From positions 9,518,741 through 9,582,740 of the forward strand of contig OZ037768.1 in the NCBI GenBank assembly GCA_964035545.1: DNA of 64,000 bases, given 5' to 3'. Each line of letters begins with the position of its first letter. The first letter of the stretch is position 1. A model generated the notes under the pieces. The model saw only the letters and a list, made by a program, of their open reading frames with translations. It was not told the DNA's origin and searched no databases. Below are positions 58,126 to 64,000 of this stretch, piece after piece. This stretch comes from Bugula neritina. Taxonomy: Eukaryota > Animalia > Bryozoa. The position numbers were made by a program, and so were the translations under genes.

Positions 58126-61100
58126 ATGATGAAACAAATGATAATTACTAGACCTGCTCGAAGTTTATCTACCCTTAGAAAGTTATGTACTCAGACAAAA
58201 AAAGAACTTGATGTTAAAGACTATACTGGAGAACATCATAAAAGAGCCAAAAGAGTATATTTGTGGGGAAACGCTCGCACCGGAGCATTAGGTAAATCAC
58301 CTCATGAAGCTTTCTTATGCTACTATTTTGAAAAATTCTGTCGAATAGTGCTCTTTCTCATTTATACTGTGATAGTGTCAACTTCCATACTTTTGTAACA
58401 AGCTTAAATAAAAAGAATGCTGAGCTCTTGCAGAACCTCAACCTGTAATAAAAATACTTAAAACTATGACTGCTTATATTGATTGATTTTTAGGCGTACC
58501 TAAATTTCTTGAACCTGAAAAGCCTGAGCGAAGAAGTCCTGTGTTCACACAATCCAAGCCCTACAACTTTCACTGGCCTGTTAGAGCTTCATTCAAAGTC
58601 AAGCATGTTGCAGCAGGATACGGCTTTACAGTTTATGCTGGTAGAAGCAGAGACAGGTCACTTGTCATGGTTGGGTGTGGTATAAACACAGATTCCCAGA
58701 TAGGTTATCATTCAGATAAAGGTGAGATAATTGTATTGATAGATGCTACTAATTTCGTTGCAGTTAGTAGTTTACATATTATTTAGAATAAAAAAAAATC
58801 CAATAAATTGATTTGGCTACAAAGACTCTTGATGTAAAATCATCATAAATATTTATAGTCTCCATTCTTGTGAGAAACTCGGGTTTTTTAAGTCGCCAAA
58901 GAACTTGTTTTCTATTGTGACACAAAAGCAGTTATGACTGAATGCCTTTCCTAACATTACTAATGGGCTTTTACCGAGATTCTAACCATTGATCTCGTGT
59001 TTACTAAGCCTGTGATCTTACTATTAGACTACAGCTGCTCCCTTGACATTTGTTAATGATTTTATATTTTGTCTGCCCATAATTTAATCATGTCACTTTA
59101 ATAATATTTTTTTGCATAAATATGTATAGTTTCTAGATCAACTGAATTTTCTAGTCTAATAGTTATGGTCTATTGAATCAAAGATTGGAAGTTCTTGAAA
59201 ATTACAGTTTGCTACCCAAATACAGTATTTGTCAGCAACAATGTGAGCTATGTCTAACTCTGTGTATTACTTTTTTTAGGTTTGATTCTAATGACTAATA
59301 CATATTTTGCGCCTATTGTGCTATCTGATCATTAACCAACATTACACACTGTATGTGATTTTTGTAGAAATAATGTTTATAAAGCTTGACTGTAGATCAT
59401 TTTAGTTTTTAATCAAAATTGAAACCGAACTTTCTAAAATATGTTAATTTTACTCATATTTGTGTTTTGCTTATGGAGTTATCTTCTCTAATGTCTATTA
59501 TATTTGTATTTGAAGGTTCCCCAGTTGACTATGTCATAACTCCCCAGTTTTTTGAGCTACCCATATCTGAAGAAGATGGAGTTGTGTGCACAAGCGTAGC
59601 GTGTGGTAGAGCTCATACTGTAATAGCAACAAACAAGGCAGGTAACTGTCTGCAAATTATTCTAAATATAGCAACAAATTTTGAAATGTTAGATGAACTT
59701 TGTGTGACATGAGTTTTGTTAGTCTTTGCATTTGTTTGATCCAATAATTATACAAGTAGTAGTTATAGTTCAAGCCTTAGCGTAGAATGTTTTGATATTT
59801 AGTGTTCACTCTGGGAAACAACGTGTTTGGTCAGTGCGGCCGGACAGTGGTTGAAGGGGAGAAGTACGGTGGTAGTCGAGTGATACACACCGTTGAACGC
59901 GACGATATAGTAAAAGCTGTGTGCGGCTATGATCATACCCTGCTACTCTCAGCAGATGGCTCTGTATACAGTTGTGGGCTCGGTACAGACGGGCAAACAG
60001 GTAAACTTAAGTTGCTTGAATGTTAACATGCTTATAAACATATTTATATAATGGTGTTTCAGTTTTAAGCTTAGTTGAAGTTTTGACAGTTTGAAATGTT
60101 GACAGTTACCATTCACATGACTGCTCTTAGATTTCAGCTTCATCAGTCTGTGAAAAGTGGTCTCCTAATAGAAACTTATTATCCGATATCCCAGTAATTC
60201 TTTGAACTTAGTGCACACGTATAATTGTCTCTATCTTATCTCTAAGTAATTACTATAAGATTCAAGGTCTGTAGACTCCAGAACATAGTAAAACAAGGTA
60301 ATTTTCCTTGTTTCAAAATTTAGATATATATAAGGTTAGTTCTACCGTGTTTCATATTATTGTAATTCCTCTAAAGCCTTGGTGCTTTGAAACCAATGTA
60401 TTGTTCTGAGCAAGGAAGACCATGTGATATTTTTCAGATGGAATCAAATTTATTACTTTTTTGTAGCTCCTAAAATATTATGTTCAGTAACTACAAAATT
60501 CTGAGTAAACCTCACTTTTATAGTTTGTTTCTCTTGCTCCGTGTATTCCATTTTTATTACTATGGTGTCTAAATGTTAAATTTCCTTGCCCCTCATACAC
60601 ACAATATTTTCAGGTCTTGGGAATTTTGAATGTACCCCCACCTTTACAAAACTTCAAGGAGCTCTAACGGGGAAGAAGATTGTGGATATAGATTGTAAAT
60701 GTGATACTGTGCTTGCTGTGTCAGGTAACTGAATGCTCTCCCAGTCCATGTAGGCTGAGTAAGTGTTAGTGTGTGAGTTAGACAGTCTATATAGACTGAG
60801 TAAGTGTTAGTGTGTGAGTTAGACAGTCTATATAGACTGAGTAAGTGTTAGTGTGTGAGTTAGACAGTCCATGTAGGCTGAGTAAGTGCTAGTGTGTGAG
60901 TTAGACAGTCTATATAGGCTGAGTAAGTGTTAGTATGTGAGTTAGACAGTCTATATAGGCTGAGTAAGTGTTAGTGTGTGAGTTAGACAGTCCATGTAGG
61001 CTGAGTAAGTGCTAGTGTGTGAGTTAGACAGTATATATAGACTGAGTAAGTGTTAGTGTGTGAGTTAGACAGTATATATAGACTGAGTAAGTGCTAGTGT

Positions 61101-63786
61101 GTGAGTTAGACAGTCTATATAGGCTGAGTAAGTGTTAGTGTGTGAGTTAGACAGTCTATATAGGCTGAGTAAGTGTTAGTATATATGAGCTAGAGTCTAG
61201 ACAGTCTATATAGACTGAGTAAGTGTTAGTGTGTGAGTTAGACAGTCTATATAGGCTGAGTAAGTGTTAGTGTGTGAGTTAGACAGTCTATATAGGCTGA
61301 GTAAGTGTTAGTATATATGAGCTAGAGTCTAGACAGTCTATATAGACTGAGTAAGTGTTAGTGTGTGAGTTAGACAGTCCATGTAGGCTGAGTAAGTGCT
61401 AGTGTGTGAGTTAGACAGTATATATAGACTGAGTAAGTGTTAGTGTGCGAGTTAGACAGTCTATATAGACTGAGTAAGTGTTAGTGTGCGAGTTAGACAG
61501 TCTATATAGGCTGAGTAAGTGTTAGTATGTGAGTTAGACAGTCTATATAGGCTGAGCAAGTGTTAGTGTGCGAGTTAGGCAGTAGGTTGGTGGATTTTTG
61601 GGGAAAATATTGCTGAAAGTTTTTGTATTTAAATTTAATTGCTATAAGTAAAAGATTCTGTGACGTAATGAAGTGGGGCATTTGATTGGATAATGTGACT
61701 TGTTGGTACCTTGAGTCATGAGCTCAATGTCCGTATCAGTCACTGAGTATATGATGAAGGATTTTCGGTGTAAATTTATTTCTGTGCTGCACTAAATTTC
61801 TTTTATAATGGTAATTATATAACAAATATACTACAATTTAAAACAGAACCAATATAAGAACATTTATTTTATATGGAATATATCTATGCCATCACAATTT
61901 TAAGCTAAGCAATTCGTATATCGTGAATATCAAATGATGTTAATAATGTAGATGTAGAACTTTCTTGTAAAGACTTCTTTTATTTTATTTACATCTTCTG
62001 GTTGCTAAAGTCGACTTAAATTTGTGTGCTTAATATTTTCATATTTAATAATAGTTAAGATGTTTTTGTTGTTGTATGGTAACATGTACGTTTCACTGAG
62101 GCACAAGTTGCATATACCTGTGAGTTTGATTTACATATAGTATCTAGTCTATACCTACAGATGAGGGAGAAGTGTTTGGTTGGGGCAACTCCGAATACGG
62201 TCAGTTTGACATTGTGACCCAGGATCCGCAACTTAACACCCCCACTCACCTTCCTATATCTTCTATATGTGGGAAAGTAGAGAAGGTGGCTGCAGCTGCC
62301 ACTAATTGTGCAATTGTAAATGGTAAATTTTTCAAATCTGTAATTTTATAAGCTCATTTTATTTTTTATTGTCCATGTTGTGTTATTTTATTAACTTGTC
62401 TTTTTTTTACTGTTATTCTTTGTTTTTGGTCATGTTTGCTGCTGCTAATTCTTTAAATTATTGAGTCTGTATATTCATCAGACATTATAGTGTTTAGCTT
62501 TGAATATAAGATGAAACTCCTTCCAATACTATCACTAGCCAATACTGCTTGTGATGAAGTTTATATGTGATACAATTTAGTCATTACTACGGTGCTGGCC
62601 TAATCTTGATTCATATTCACACACTGTGTTGCAGACAGAGGTGAAGTTTACGTCTGGGGCTATGGTGTACTGGGTAAAGGCCCCAAACTACAGCACTCAG
62701 TAGAGCCAGAGTTGATTCCTATGACTCTATTTGGCATGAATACTTTCTCACAAGACAGCCGGGTGGAAAAAGTGTTCAGTGGAGTCAACTTTTTTGCTGC
62801 AGTTACTAGTATGTTTTGTATATTTATTCTCTCATATCTTTCAGTCATTTAAAATTGTGGAAAGTAAATTGAGATATGAGTTTGTTAAATACTGGTTTAT
62901 ACTTGAGACTCCAAAGAAATAAGTCACTCAATCCCATTAGTAGTTACCTGACTGGTGGTTGTCAAGTCAAAAAATTTAAAGCTAACTCAAGTTCAAGTGT
63001 CACCAGATTTGAAAGTCACATAAGCTGTATGTTGGCATTATATGTGTGTAAATATTCCTATATACACATTATATTTACTTATATCCTAGTAACAGTTGAA
63101 TAAAAAATGATTAGTAGAATAGAGTGCTTGAAGATTGTAGCTTGTAAGTTATAATTTTTTGAATGCCCTACTGAAACCTGACCGTATAGTTCCACCAATG
63201 GTAAATACGGAGAAAGTTTTAATGCCTGTTTAAGTCAGTTCTAATGAATTCTAGCTTGTTTTCAGCCATTTAAGTGCATTTTGTCACAAGATGCAAGTTT
63301 TTCTCAACTATACATGTAGAAGCAGTTTCTTCCTTCTTCACCATTATTGTTTAATAATCCATTTTTTCTGCCGTAGCAACTCTACATTCTGTTTCTAAAG
63401 ATATCACAACAATGTTTTGAAATCTGTTATTCTCCATAAAGCTGAGTCTCTTCTGACCAGTTTCAACCAATCACCACTTAGGATAATATTTATTTGCTAG
63501 ATTGACAAGCTAAAGTGTCATGTTTTCTACCCAAGCCTCCACTTAAACTATAAACCATCCTGTTTTGATTTTAAAAATGTTAGTCCAGGCTGTTGTATAT
63601 ACTTGAGTGCTCTGGTGTGTAGGTGTATGTCTTCGTGTCTGCAAGTTTTTGAAACAGATCACTAAACAGCAAAGAGGTTATGTTGCACAGCTTTTTGTAG
63701 ATACTAAAGCTCTTTATACTTGGGGGAAGAATGCCCACGGATGTCTTGGGCTCGGGCACAAAAATGTGCAGTATTTCCCTTTTATG
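58126..63786 (+). CDS. RCC1L: RCC1-like G exchanging factor-like protein (WBSCR16), mitochondrial; last exon(s) beyond the window
   Basis: Exons 58126-58291, 58494-58721, 59516-59641, 59803-60000, 60614-60724, 62161-62322, 62635-62808, 63701-63786. Basic presequence; RCC1 repeats RVYLWGNARTGALG, AAGYGFT, GCGINTDSQIG, VACGRAHT, FTLGNNVFGQCGR, VYSCGLGTDGQTG, FGWGNSEYGQ, VYVWGYGVLGKGP, WGKNAHGCLGLG. Confidence 0.92.
58881..59042 (-). mobile_element. tRNA-derived SINE, copy B (no insertion)
   Basis: Shares gggttttttaa..acttgttttctatt..aagcagttatgactgaatg..gtgtttactaagcctgtg..cagctgctc with 40381-40586. Confidence 0.72.
60744..61582. repeat. Intronic minisatellite, 41-bp unit, about 20 copies
   Basis: Unit tctatatag(a/g)ctgagtaagtgttagtgtgtgagttagacag; gagtaagt recurs at 60757, 60798, 60839 and onward, with two longer variant units. 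Begins about 20 nt after the RCC1L exon 5 donor. Confidence 0.95.
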
Positions 63787-64000
63787 GTATGTTGATTTTT
63801 TATACAACCTTGTACTAATCCAGAAAATGTCTTACCGTCAATCGTGTATAGAAGGTGATTTGTTTTGTAACTAAAAATTTAAAATAGATAAATCAGGCAT
63901 CACTATATTATGGTTTAAAATGCTTACTATGAATCAAATACACATTTGACTAAACTTCACTTTAAATGCAGCTACACTCTGTATCTGTTGAATAATTGGC

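Noticed and set aside
60744-61582. Regularly spaced repeats that could be taken for a CRISPR array (also 21500-21870 and 25676-26030)
   Set aside because: No unique spacers, no cas genes, eukaryotic intronic context.

Overview
AT-rich eukaryotic (invertebrate animal) genomic DNA with short GT-AG introns; the taxon cannot be assigned from the sequence alone. I rebuilt eight intron-containing genes by hand, checking splice phase at every junction. In order: (1) a secreted EMI-like prepro-protein (-, runs off the left edge); (2) a WBP1/VOPP1-family membrane protein (+); (3) a secreted Cys-rich uncharacterised protein (-); (4) the eIF2-alpha kinase HRI/EIF2AK1 (+); (5) a three-KH poly(rC)-binding protein (+); (6) ES1/GATD3 (-), whose last intron is a U12-type AT-AC intron; (7) EFHC1 (-); (8) RCC1L (+, runs off the right edge). 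Mobile DNA comprises a 790-bp MITE with perfect 49-bp TIRs just upstream of the GATD3 start codon, two tRNA-derived SINE copies and a LINE 3' fragment. The most unusual signal is three copies of a 26-38-bp hairpin insertion, each with its own perfect 8-bp target-site duplication; one has a paralogous empty site inside this window. Also notable are two intronic minisatellites rich in 5' splice-site motifs and degenerate 6-bp-periodic tracts clustered near gene starts. Family assignments come from recalled motifs, not database searches. Most ORFs in the supplied track are spurious or exon read-throughs.
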